A DNA stretch of 59,169 nucleotides, from IMG/VR virus record IMGVR_UViG_3300010346_002895; one strand, written 5' to 3'. This document shows positions 1 through 8,947 of the stretch, in pieces. A model generated the notes under the pieces. It searched no databases. It was not told where the DNA came from and was given only the letters and a program-made list of their open reading frames with translations. Each line of letters opens with the position of its first letter. Positions within the stretch are counted from its first letter, which is position 1. A program made the translations under genes and the position numbers. Origin of the DNA: an uncultured virus (IMG/VR IMGVR_UViG_3300010346_002895) (Duplodnaviria > Heunggongvirae > Uroviricota > Caudoviricetes).

Positions 1-307
1 TCGTTTGTATAACGCCCACAACGCCGCTTTTACCGCCGTCTTGTTCCATGTTCTCTGGTGCGGCTTTCTCATGAAATAAACCTTGCGAGCGCCTTCCGGT
101 GAATCTTCACAAACACAATCCCATTTATAAGAAATGATATTTCATTTTGTGGAAACACTTCAAGCTCGAAGACATAACGTGCTGAGGTTTGAGAAAAGCA
201 TTTCCGCGTCGCCGAAAGACTTTTTTAATTCAGCTTGACTTTAAAAAGATGTCATCGCTTAATCTGATCGCTTGGCTTCAGGCCGGGCACATCTGATGTG
301 ATTCGGG

Positions 308-2395
308 ATGTTTTCAGATGTGATAAAAACAGGCCGGAATCAGATGGTAAAACGAAATTTGAAATCAGTCTTGGGAACATCGCCCCGGAGGCAGCCGAGG
401 GACGCGCGGACTGAAATGAGAGGGGGAAAGACCACGGACAAGAACAATGAAAACAGGATCACGGTGGCCGGGTACGTCCGCGTTCTGTGGGACGAAATCG
501 TCGGGACAGCCGAACAGCAGATGGAGCGCATCAGGGACTTCGCCGCGGCGCACAACATGGATGTCGTCCGTTTTTACACGGATGACGCCGTGGAGACCAC
601 GAGCACGGGCGAATACGCCTGTGAGCAATTTGAAAGGATGCTGAGCGAAATCGAGGGCGGCTCGGCCGATTTTCAGTTGGTTCTCATCCAGGACAGGAGC
701 CGCTGGGGCGTTTCACCCGACGGCGACGACGGCGAATACCTTGAATACATCTGTCGCCGCTCCGGCGTAGACGTCCTTTTCTGCTCGGGCGGCACAACGC
801 GCAACAGGGATTATTACCCTACCGCCGAAGAGCAGTTGATGAGATTCGGAAGGCCCGCCGAAGAAGAACAACCCGCTGTGCGCGCCGCGATGTACGTCCG
901 GATGTCCACCGAGCACCAGCAGTATTCGACGGAAAATCAGATGGACAGGATGAAGGAATACGCCGCCGAGCGCAACATGGAAATCGCGCACGTCTATTCC
1001 GATGAGGGGAAAAGCGGGCTTCGCATCGAGGGGCGCGACGCGCTCAAGCAGCTCATTCTCGACGTGGAAAACGGCAAGGCGGATTTCGACGTCATCCTCG
1101 TTTATGACGTCAGCCGGTGGGGGCGTTTTCAGGACGCCGACGAGAGTGGCTATTACGAATACCTGTGCCGCAAAGCCGGAATCCGCGTGATTTATTGCGC
1201 CGAACAGTTCACGAACGACGGCAGTCCCGTCGCCACGATAGTCAAAGGCGTCAAACGCGCCATGGCCGGGGAATACAGCCGCGAACTGTCGGAAAAGGTG
1301 TTCGACGGCCAGTGCCGCCTGATCCGGATGGGGTACCGTCAGGGCGGGCCCGCGGGCTACGGGCTGCGGCGGCTTCTGATTGATCAAACGGGCAAACCAA
1401 AGACCGAACTCGCCATCGGCGAGATGAAAAGCATCCAGACCGACCGCGTTATCCTCGTGCCGGGGCCCGACGGGGAAGTCGAAACCGTCAGGTGGATATA
1501 CCGCCAGTTCGTGGAAGCCGGAAAATTTGAACGTGAAATTGCGGACATGCTCAACGCCCGGGGAATCAAGACGGATTTCGGAAGGAAATGGACCCGCGGC
1601 TCGGTGCAGCAGGTACTCACGAATGAAAAGTACATCGGAAACAACGTCTACAACCGGATCAGTTTCAAGCTAAAGATGATCCGGATAAAGAATCCCCCCG
1701 ATCTGTGGGTGCGGGCGGACGGGGTCTTCAACTCGATTGTGGAACCGAGCCTTTTCTATCAGGCGCAGGGAATTATCACGGAGCGGGCGCGGAAATTCAC
1801 CAATGAGGAACTCATAGAAAAACTCAAGGCGCTGTACAACAAGAACGGTTATCTTTCGGGTATCATCATAGACGAATGCGAGGATTTGCCCGGCAGCTCG
1901 GTATTTCAGCGCCGGTTCGGCAGCCTTATCCGCGCGTACCGGCTTGTCGGATACGAGCCCGACCGCGACTACGCCTACATAGAAATCAACCGGTACCTGC
2001 GCCGCCTGCACCCGAAAGTGGTGGACAACATAGTCGGCCAGATGCGGGACCTGGGCGGAAGCGTGGAACGGGATGCAAACACCGACCTCGTGCGGGTGAA
2101 CGCCGAGTTCACAGCCTCGCTCGTCATCTCGCGCTGTCTGCGAACCGACGCGGGTTCATACCGGTGGAACATCCGTATGGACGCCGGGCTGGCGCCGGAT
2201 ATCACGGTGGCCGCGCGGATGGACGGCGCGAACCGCCGCGTGCTCGATTATTATCTCCTCCCCACCATTGACATGGCGGAACCGAAAATCAGACTGGCCG
2301 AGGACAACGGCATCTACCTCGATATTTACCGCTTCGACGACCTTGAATACCTGTTCGGCATGGCGAAGCGGGCGAAACTGAAGGAGGCCGTATGA
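308..2395 (+). CDS. Large serine recombinase (resolvase + recombinase domains) with an extra degenerate N-terminal resolvase domain
   Basis: AAMYVRMSTEHQQYS catalytic motif, DEGKSG, YDVSRWGR, GYGL, LTNEKYIG; an earlier copy reads YVRVLW...QDRSRWG. Exact start uncertain. Confidence 0.9.
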   Translation: MFSDVIKTGRNQMVKRNLKSVLGTSPRRQPRDARTEMRGGKTTDKNNENRITVAGYVRVLWDEIVGTAEQQMERIRDFAAAHNMDVVRFYTDDAVETTSTGEYACEQFERMLSEIEGGSADFQLVLIQDRSRWGVSPDGDDGEYLEYICRRSGVDVLFCSGGTTRNRDYYPTAEEQLMRFGRPAEEEQPAVRAAMYVRMSTEHQQYSTENQMDRMKEYAAERNMEIAHVYSDEGKSGLRIEGRDALKQLILDVENGKADFDVILVYDVSRWGRFQDADESGYYEYLCRKAGIRVIYCAEQFTNDGSPVATIVKGVKRAMAGEYSRELSEKVFDGQCRLIRMGYRQGGPAGYGLRRLLIDQTGKPKTELAIGEMKSIQTDRVILVPGPDGEVETVRWIYRQFVEAGKFEREIADMLNARGIKTDFGRKWTRGSVQQVLTNEKYIGNNVYNRISFKLKMIRIKNPPDLWVRADGVFNSIVEPSLFYQAQGIITERARKFTNEELIEKLKALYNKNGYLSGIIIDECEDLPGSSVFQRRFGSLIRAYRLVGYEPDRDYAYIEINRYLRRLHPKVVDNIVGQMRDLGGSVERDANTDLVRVNAEFTASLVISRCLRTDAGSYRWNIRMDAGLAPDITVAARMDGANRRVLDYYLLPTIDMAEPKIRLAEDNGIYLDIYRFDDLEYLFGMAKRAKLKEAV

Positions 2396-3273
2396 AAGAA
2401 GATGAACCGAAGATAGAAATGATCCCAGTGGATAAAATCCGCATCATCAATCCGCGGGTGAGAGGCAAGAAGAAGTTCGACGAGATCATCGCCAGCATAT
2501 CGGAAGTCGGACTGAAACGCCCCATCAAGGTGAGCCGCCGACCGGAGAACAAAGACGACGACGGCTATGACCTCGTCTGCGGCCAGGGGCGGCTCGAGGC
2601 GAGCATCTTTCTCGGGGACAAAGAAGTGCCCGCAATCGTCACCACGGTGTCGCGTGAGGAGCGGCTGCTCATGAGCCTCGTCGAAAACATCGCCCGTCGC
2701 AATCCCACAACTATGGAGCATGTAAAACAAATCGCGTATCTCAGGGATGAAGGCGGATACAGCGCGTCGCAGATAGCGAAAAAGATCGGCATGGGGAAAT
2801 CTCATGTGATCGGGCTGCTTCAACTCCACGATCACGGGGAATCGAGGCTGCTCAAAGAGGTGGAATGGGGCCGCATCTCGTTGCATGTCGCGGTGCTGAT
2901 TGCGTCCGCCCAAGACGAGGAAGTGCAGAAAGCGCTCACGGAAGCCTTCGAGAAAAAGGAAATCAAGGCGAAAGATGTGATCCGCGCGAAGAGGGCTTTG
3001 GAGAGAAGAAAATTATTCGGAAAATCCTTCTCGTCTCCGAGGCTCGGGAAAAAGAAAAAGAAGCCGACATCAGAGGATGTGATTCGGGCTTACAATCAGG
3101 AAGCGCAAAAACAACGGCACCTGCTCAAAAAAGCAAAACTGTGTGAAACGCGGCTTGTTTTCGTTACGAATGCGCTCCACATGCTTCTTAAAAACGAGAA
3201 TTTCGTAAATCTTCTCCGGGCGGAAAAGCTGGACACACTGCCTCAATATATCGAGAAAAAAATGGGAAGGTGA
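2392..3273 (+). CDS. ParB/RepB-like protein (ParB N-terminal domain, HTH, RepB C-terminal-like region)
   Basis: GLKRPIKV, YDLVCGQGRL, SLVENIAR, HTH SASQIAKKIG; ATGA overlap with the recombinase. Confidence 0.85.
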   Translation: MKEDEPKIEMIPVDKIRIINPRVRGKKKFDEIIASISEVGLKRPIKVSRRPENKDDDGYDLVCGQGRLEASIFLGDKEVPAIVTTVSREERLLMSLVENIARRNPTTMEHVKQIAYLRDEGGYSASQIAKKIGMGKSHVIGLLQLHDHGESRLLKEVEWGRISLHVAVLIASAQDEEVQKALTEAFEKKEIKAKDVIRAKRALERRKLFGKSFSSPRLGKKKKKPTSEDVIRAYNQEAQKQRHLLKKAKLCETRLVFVTNALHMLLKNENFVNLLRAEKLDTLPQYIEKKMGR

Positions 3274-3279
3274 TGCCGG

Positions 3280-4164
3280 ATGGGAAAAATTGGATTTGAA
3301 ATGGAGGGGAAAAAGATTCCCCTCGACCGGATAATCCCCATCAAACAAGTAAGCAGCCAGATACGCGGCAGCACGAAGTACAGGACGATAAAGGCCTCGA
3401 TTCAGGAGGTCGGAATAATCGAGCCGCCTGTCGTCAGCCGCATGAAAAAAGAAAGCGGCGAGCCCCAGCGGTACATACTCCTTGACGGGCACGTGAGGAT
3501 CGATGTTCTCAAAGAGCTCGGCCACACCGAGGTCTTTTGCCTCATATCCACCGACGACGAACCCCACACGTACAATTACAGCGTCAATCGGATTTCCCCG
3601 ATTCAGGAGCATTTCATGATGATTCGGGCAATCGAAAACGGCGTGAGCGAAGAGACAATCGCCCGCTCTTTGTGCGTGGACATGGCCTTCATCCGCCAGA
3701 AGAGGAACATGCTCGACGGCATCTGTCCCGAGGCCGTGGAACTGCTCAAGGAAAAGATGATCGCGCCGGCGACTCTGCGGCTCTTTAAAAAAGTCAAACC
3801 CATCCGTCAGATCGAAATGGCCGAGATGATGAACATGGTGGGCAATTTCTCAAGACCGTATGCCATGGCGCTGATCGCTTCCACGCGGAAAGACCTGTTC
3901 CTGGACGCCGAATACAAAAAGGAAAGCACCGGGGTAAAGCCCGAGGACATCGCCCGCATGGAGCGCGAAATGGAAGTGCTGGAGAAAGACATAAAACTTG
4001 TCGAGGAATCCTACGGTAAAAATGTTCTCAATCTCGTCCTGGCGCGGGGCTATCTCGCAAAACTGCTCGATAACGCTAAAGTCGTCCGGTTCTTGTCAAA
4101 TAAATACGCTGATATTCTCGACGAGTTTCAGAAGATCGTTGAAGCAACGTCTCTGGAGACGTGA
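3280..4164 (+). CDS. Second ParB/RepB-like protein
   Basis: SIQEVGIIEPPVV, YILLDGHVR; C-terminus resembles that of the preceding ORF. Confidence 0.8.
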   Translation: MGKIGFEMEGKKIPLDRIIPIKQVSSQIRGSTKYRTIKASIQEVGIIEPPVVSRMKKESGEPQRYILLDGHVRIDVLKELGHTEVFCLISTDDEPHTYNYSVNRISPIQEHFMMIRAIENGVSEETIARSLCVDMAFIRQKRNMLDGICPEAVELLKEKMIAPATLRLFKKVKPIRQIEMAEMMNMVGNFSRPYAMALIASTRKDLFLDAEYKKESTGVKPEDIARMEREMEVLEKDIKLVEESYGKNVLNLVLARGYLAKLLDNAKVVRFLSNKYADILDEFQKIVEATSLET

Positions 4165-4246
4165 AACGCCGCCGCCGGAAAAACTTGACTTCATTTTGAT
4201 GTGGCCGCTGAATATCGGGGATGCCGGGCCGGGAGAAAATGACACC

Positions 4247-4471
4247 ATGAGAATCCGCGTCAAGTTCGGAAGGAACATCTATCAAAACGAATTTACCTGC
4301 TCGCACTGCGGCCGGAAATTCAGCGGCGGCGGTCTGTTTTTAAGAATCGAATATTCCGGCTCTATTGTGGATATACCGCTCTGCTCCGCATGTGTTGAAG
4401 AAACCGCGCTCTTCGAGGGATGCATCGCGCTCGACCGGCATCGCGTGGCTCATCCGATTGGGCGCGCTTGA
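4247..4471 (+). CDS. 74-aa zinc-ribbon protein (CxxC...CxxC), paralog of 58008-58232
   Basis: ATG 4247 after GGAG; CSHC and CSAC; same-length paralog elsewhere in the window. Confidence 0.75.
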   Translation: MRIRVKFGRNIYQNEFTCSHCGRKFSGGGLFLRIEYSGSIVDIPLCSACVEETALFEGCIALDRHRVAHPIGRA

Positions 4472-4490
4472 TTGTGGGAGGTACGATCAG

Positions 4491-4727
4491 ATGACGGAAG
4501 ATGACGAAGATTTGGGCGCAAGGATCGAATCTGGGAACTTCCTTTCCGTGACGGTTGAGTTCCGGCTCCGGGGCCTTCTGACGACGGATGAGATGAACGA
4601 CGCGTTCCTCATGGAACGGGCCGAATGGGTCAGATACATGAGGGAAAAAGCCGGTCTCGAGCCGAAGCCGGGAAAAGAGAATGTTGAGCCGGTGAAAAAA
4701 CGCCGAAAACAACCGCGATACGTTTAA
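4491..4727 (+). CDS. Hypothetical protein (78 aa)
   Basis: GGAGG RBS before ATG 4491. Confidence 0.5.
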   Translation: MTEDDEDLGARIESGNFLSVTVEFRLRGLLTTDEMNDAFLMERAEWVRYMREKAGLEPKPGKENVEPVKKRRKQPRYV

Positions 4728-4813
4728 GATATGCTAAAATAGGCTATAATAGCGATTAAGATTGTAATTCTCCGTTATTCTAATTATTTCAACATCTTTC
4801 TTTCAAAATCGGC

Positions 4814-4841
4814 TTGACTTAACCCGCCCCCGGCTTAACCT
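4814..4841 (+). promoter_or_regulatory. Putative sigma70-type promoter of amidoligase operon 1
   Basis: TTGACT-N16-TAACCT, conserved almost exactly at 57005-57032. Confidence 0.55.
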
Positions 4842-4903
4842 GTGTGTGGAATTAAAAAACGGCGCAATCAAAGGGATTTTTGCGGAAACGGAGGCGGAAA
4901 AAC

Positions 4904-5818
4904 ATGGATTTAAAAAACATCAGATTCGGCACGGAGCTCGAGGTCATCCGGATAACGCGCGAGACTGCGGCGCGCGCCATCCAGTCGGTGGTCGGCGGCG
5001 AGGTTCGACACGTTGGCGTTCCGAGCAATTTCGACCCGTGGGAGGTCACAGACAGGCGCGGCCGCATCTGGAAGGTTGTCGCGGATGCGTCGCTCTCTTC
5101 AGTGCCCTTCAATCTGCGGGCGGAAATTGTTTCTCCGATCCTGGAATATTCGGATATTCAGGAGTTGCAGGACATTGTCCGCGCGGTGAGAGAAGCGGGA
5201 GGGAAAGCTGATGAACTTTGTGGCCAGCATGTTCACATAGATGCCGCGCCGTTTGACGCCAAGTCCCTATCGAATCTCGTAAAGATTGTTTACAAGCAGG
5301 AAGACCTGATCGTAAAAGCCCTCGATATAGCACCGCACAGGCTGGCGCGGTACACAAAAAAATTGCCCGCTGAAATCATCGAGAAAATCAACAAGACGCG
5401 ACCGAGAACAAAAGACGACCTCAATCGAATCTGGTACGGATACTACAACGCGAATCCGGTGCATTATTCCCCGGAACGCTACTTTGGGTTATCGCTACAT
5501 AATGTTTGGTATCGCAATACTGTCGAGTTCCGATGGTTCAAGATGCGCGGGCCGAAAGGCGGATTGCATGCCGGGCAGGTGAAAGCGTACATCCAGTTCT
5601 GTCTCGCGCTCGGCGCGAAGGCCATCAACAACCGCGCGGCGAGCAGCCGCAAACGGACGGTCAATCCCATCAGCAGCAAGTACGACTTCCGTGTATTCCT
5701 GCTCGGACTTTCGCTTTCCGGAGACGAGTTCAAAACGGCTCGTCAGCACCTGCTCGCCAACCTCGAGGGAGACAGCGCATTCAAGAACGGACGCCCGCAG
5801 ACGGAACAGGCGGCGTGA
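4904..5818 (+). CDS. Putative amidoligase (COOH-NH2 ligase, Amidoligase_2 family)
   Basis: FGTELE, WKVVADASL, EIVSPIL, CGQHVHID, TVEFRWF; GGAGG RBS. Confidence 0.9.
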   Translation: MDLKNIRFGTELEVIRITRETAARAIQSVVGGEVRHVGVPSNFDPWEVTDRRGRIWKVVADASLSSVPFNLRAEIVSPILEYSDIQELQDIVRAVREAGGKADELCGQHVHIDAAPFDAKSLSNLVKIVYKQEDLIVKALDIAPHRLARYTKKLPAEIIEKINKTRPRTKDDLNRIWYGYYNANPVHYSPERYFGLSLHNVWYRNTVEFRWFKMRGPKGGLHAGQVKAYIQFCLALGAKAINNRAASSRKRTVNPISSKYDFRVFLLGLSLSGDEFKTARQHLLANLEGDSAFKNGRPQTEQAA

Positions 5819-5824
5819 CGCGCG

Positions 5825-6187
5825 ATGAACGACACAATGAAATGGAACATCACGAAGGGATTCCTGAGCGGCGTCATCATACTTCTCGAAGAGGACGACC
5901 GGCGGGGGCTGCTCGATTACGACGAGATGATGATTGAACTCAAAGAGCTTGGGGCGTACTCGCTCACACACGCGGACGTCCTCTATTCGGCGAAGGGACT
6001 GCGGCTTCTTTCCCTCGCGGCTTTTTTCGGCATGCCGTTCGCAGGCGATGAATTTGATTTCTCGCGGAACGCATGGCGACGCGACAAGTTGTCGGCTCGC
6101 TCTCTGGAATACCGGCCGACAGGCGACATCTCAAAGTGGTTTTCGGAAGGAAGTGGTAACAATGCGGATTATTCTGCGGGACGGTGA
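5825..6187 (+). CDS. Hypothetical protein (120 aa)
   Basis: ORF fills the gap in a tightly packed operon. Confidence 0.55.
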   Translation: MNDTMKWNITKGFLSGVIILLEEDDRRGLLDYDEMMIELKELGAYSLTHADVLYSAKGLRLLSLAAFFGMPFAGDEFDFSRNAWRRDKLSARSLEYRPTGDISKWFSEGSGNNADYSAGR

Positions 6188-6404
6188 AAAGTTCAGCGGC
6201 TCGCCGCTGAAAATCGTGACCCTGATGAAAGGCTCGACGATTTTCTCGGACGTAAAAACCATCCGCGAGTACGTGGACATGGTGCTTCGCAACGCGAAGA
6301 TGGTAGAGAACATCGAGCTGATGGTCAAGGGAAACACGGACGATGAACTTGCGCGGTCGCTCGTTGGCGAGCTCATCGCACACGGGCTTGCAACGGAGGT
6401 ATGA
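6162..6404 (+). CDS. Hypothetical protein (80 aa), paralog of 58255-58497
   Basis: MRIILRDGEKFSGSP..., near-identical paralog. Confidence 0.75.
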   Translation: MRIILRDGEKFSGSPLKIVTLMKGSTIFSDVKTIREYVDMVLRNAKMVENIELMVKGNTDDELARSLVGELIAHGLATEV

Positions 6405-6405
6405 G

Positions 6406-6618
6406 ATGGAAGACCCTGTGAAAAAGGTGGTGGCTTTTATTGAGCAAGAGAATTGCTTCGCAGTGCTTGGGCAACTCCAGCGGCTCGGCGTTCTGTCAAA
6501 GGATGACATCCGAAAGGCGATGGGGATGAAGCGATCCGACTGGATTTCCTTTATGAAGAAGAAAGCCGGAATCGCCGGGCCGGACATCAATGTGGAGGGG
6601 GGTCGGAATGTCGAATAA
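6406..6618 (+). CDS. Hypothetical protein (70 aa), paralog of 58494-58715
   Basis: GGAGG RBS; conserved paralog. Confidence 0.7.
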   Translation: MEDPVKKVVAFIEQENCFAVLGQLQRLGVLSKDDIRKAMGMKRSDWISFMKKKAGIAGPDINVEGGRNVE

Positions 6619-7051
6619 GAAAAAACGGAAGGCGGCGCGTAAGCGTCGGGACCTGAAAAAGGATTTTAATCCGATTATCACAATCAACGAGCCTGACGAG
6701 TGTCTCTACGTCATTGCTGATTTCTCGTTGCCGGATAGCAATGTCATCCGCCGCATCATGTCGAAGCGACTGAAAGCAACCGGCAACGTTACCGCCGTAA
6801 CTTATACGGGTGTCGTCGGGCCGGATCGCACCTGCCATTCGAAGAAAAACGTTCTCACAATGGAAAATGTCCCGCAGGAGAAGTTCTGGATGTCCGTTCG
6901 CCTGCTGGAACAATTGTATCGACTGCGGGGCGGCACGTCTGAAATCCGCAACTATAACGGCCTGACGGTGCGGGAAGCGGCGGAACGGATGAAGATGTTG
7001 AATAGCGCGCTTGTGTGGACTGGAGACGAGTGCGACAGGATAAATTTGTAA
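6608..7051 (+). CDS. Hypothetical protein (147 aa), paralog of 58705-59025
   Basis: PIITINEPD..LYVIADFSLP shared with the paralog. Confidence 0.7.
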   Translation: MSNKKKRKAARKRRDLKKDFNPIITINEPDECLYVIADFSLPDSNVIRRIMSKRLKATGNVTAVTYTGVVGPDRTCHSKKNVLTMENVPQEKFWMSVRLLEQLYRLRGGTSEIRNYNGLTVREAAERMKMLNSALVWTGDECDRINL

Positions 7052-7063
7052 GGAGTGAATGGG

Positions 7064-7861
7064 ATGTGTGGTTTGACAGGAGTGGTTCTTCAGGCGAAGC
7101 GCCGCCGGAAAACGGAACGCAATGAAATTGGTCGCGTCTTCACCGACCTTCTTCTGCTCAATCAGGCGCGCGGGAAGGATGCCGCCGGTCTCGCTATGAT
7201 TCGGCGCGACGGCTCGTACTCGCTTTTCAAGCGCCCGGGTCCCGCAGAAAAGCTGATCTTGGAAGAGAAATATGCCGAGGTCATCGGGCGGCTCGATAAC
7301 AAAACGACATGCATCCTTGGTCACACCCGGTTAAAGACGCGCGGCACGGAGGCGAACAGCCTGAACAACCATCCGATCAGAGCGGGAGCCGTAATAGGCG
7401 CCGCCGCGGGCACGATCCTAAACGCGGACGCCCTTTTCAGAAAATTCCGGCTGCCGAGACGTGCGGAAGTGGACAGTGAGTTCATCTTCCGGCTCGCGGA
7501 CAGAAAGGAAAGCATCGAGGACTTCACGGCTTGCCTCAGGAACGTCCGTGGCGGCATGTCCGCCGTTTTCACGCGCACGTCGGCACCTGACACGGTTCTG
7601 GTCATAAAAGGCAACAAGCCGCTGACCCTGTGGTATCACAATGGCTTCCGGGCCGTTTTCTATTCGTCAGAGGAATGGCCGCTCGAGGAGGTCATCGGGA
7701 ATAGCGCCGACGTGGTTCCTCTCGATGTGGCACCGTTCACCCTGTCGGTTTTCCAAACGGACGACCTGCTTGATTTTCATCAGCATGATGTCCAGTTCAT
7801 TACCAGGAATTGGAGCGCACGTTCATGGATGTCTCTTTCGTATTCATCTATGGAACTTTGA
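7064..7861 (+). CDS. Class II glutamine amidotransferase (Ntn-hydrolase)
   Basis: N-terminal MCG, RGKDAAG, LGHTR, NNHP, EVDSE. Confidence 0.85.
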   Translation: MCGLTGVVLQAKRRRKTERNEIGRVFTDLLLLNQARGKDAAGLAMIRRDGSYSLFKRPGPAEKLILEEKYAEVIGRLDNKTTCILGHTRLKTRGTEANSLNNHPIRAGAVIGAAAGTILNADALFRKFRLPRRAEVDSEFIFRLADRKESIEDFTACLRNVRGGMSAVFTRTSAPDTVLVIKGNKPLTLWYHNGFRAVFYSSEEWPLEEVIGNSADVVPLDVAPFTLSVFQTDDLLDFHQHDVQFITRNWSARSWMSLSYSSMEL

Positions 7862-8250
7862 GACAAGGACTCCGAAATCACGACCGCTATTGCGGCGATG
7901 CTCTCACTATCGAGCCTGCCGTTACAACGGGGCGGTTGTATCATCTTCCTTATGGTTTCCCAACGATGTTCGATGTGCCGGACGGACGTGTCTTGGGCGA
8001 AGTAATGACGTTTCCAGACATTGAAAAGACGCTCGAGACGCTTGATCACCTCGAAGGTTATCACCCGCATGGCCGATGTCATTACTTACGAATCGTAAAG
8101 CGAATTACTCTCTTGACTGAAGATCGAACCGTTCCCTCCTGGGTCTATGTCTATCCGGAAAGTCGTCTTCGAGAAATTCAGCGCGTCGGCACCTTCATTC
8201 CCCACGGCTGCTGGCGAAAATTCATGATAGCGGAAAAAATCCCGGTTTGA
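7825..8250 (+). CDS. Gamma-glutamylcyclotransferase (GGCT/AIG2-like)
   Basis: FVFIYGTLRQG, VLGEV, LDHLEG, WVYVY. Confidence 0.9.
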   Translation: MDVSFVFIYGTLRQGLRNHDRYCGDALTIEPAVTTGRLYHLPYGFPTMFDVPDGRVLGEVMTFPDIEKTLETLDHLEGYHPHGRCHYLRIVKRITLLTEDRTVPSWVYVYPESRLREIQRVGTFIPHGCWRKFMIAEKIPV

Positions 8251-8437
8251 TTTCCACTAACTATTCTCCTCGTATCGTTCCCTCTGAAAGTTATTTCTGA
8301 AGCGGTAAATCTGAATTTGGTTGTTTTTCCTATGCAACGCGCAGGTGAAAAAGTATAATCCCCTGAAGGGCGTAATCTGTTTTGCCGCCCAGACGGGTAA
8401 ATGAGAAGTCGATTGTAGAGGAGTTTTTCTCGTGCGT

Positions 8438-8941
8438 ATGGAAAGAATCAGCCTTGATGAATTTGATCGTTCTGAATTTACCTTCGATGATCTGACTTAT
8501 GAGAAAATGGTGTTTTTATGGTGCTTCTGCGAATTTCCTGATTCAGTAATCGCCTATAAATGCGGTGTCCCAAAGGATAAAATATCAAGACTGAGAAGAG
8601 ACAAATACAAGATAAACATGATGAACTCGTGGGAACATATCGAGAATATGTCCGGGGCCGGGACCGTTGTGACAGAGATGACGCTGAGAGAGGAGTCCAA
8701 TGCGATGGTAGCCCACGTGTTCCGCAACAGCTACCTGAAAGACCTCCATGCGGGAGTCGTCGAAGAGAAATTCCTAGACCCAAAATGCAGCCGAATTACA
8801 GATGACGAAATGAAAAAGTTGATGATCGAATGCTGCGAGAAAATGGCAAAGCTGCTGGAACTCAGAGACAAAGACCCTCGGGAATACAAGGCATTTCTGA
8901 AACGCACCCACAGGAATTACTGCAAGCAATGGATAAAGTAG
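8438..8941 (+). CDS. Hypothetical protein with a possible N-terminal HTH
   Basis: GAGGAG upstream, TATAAT at about 8354; DSVIAYKCGVPKDKISRLR is HTH-like. Confidence 0.6.
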   Translation: MERISLDEFDRSEFTFDDLTYEKMVFLWCFCEFPDSVIAYKCGVPKDKISRLRRDKYKINMMNSWEHIENMSGAGTVVTEMTLREESNAMVAHVFRNSYLKDLHAGVVEEKFLDPKCSRITDDEMKKLMIECCEKMAKLLELRDKDPREYKAFLKRTHRNYCKQWIK

Positions 8942-8947
8942 TCATAC

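Noticed and set aside
1..72. Partial minus-strand ORF (MRKPHQRTWNK...)
   Set aside because: Only 24 codons are visible, too little to assign
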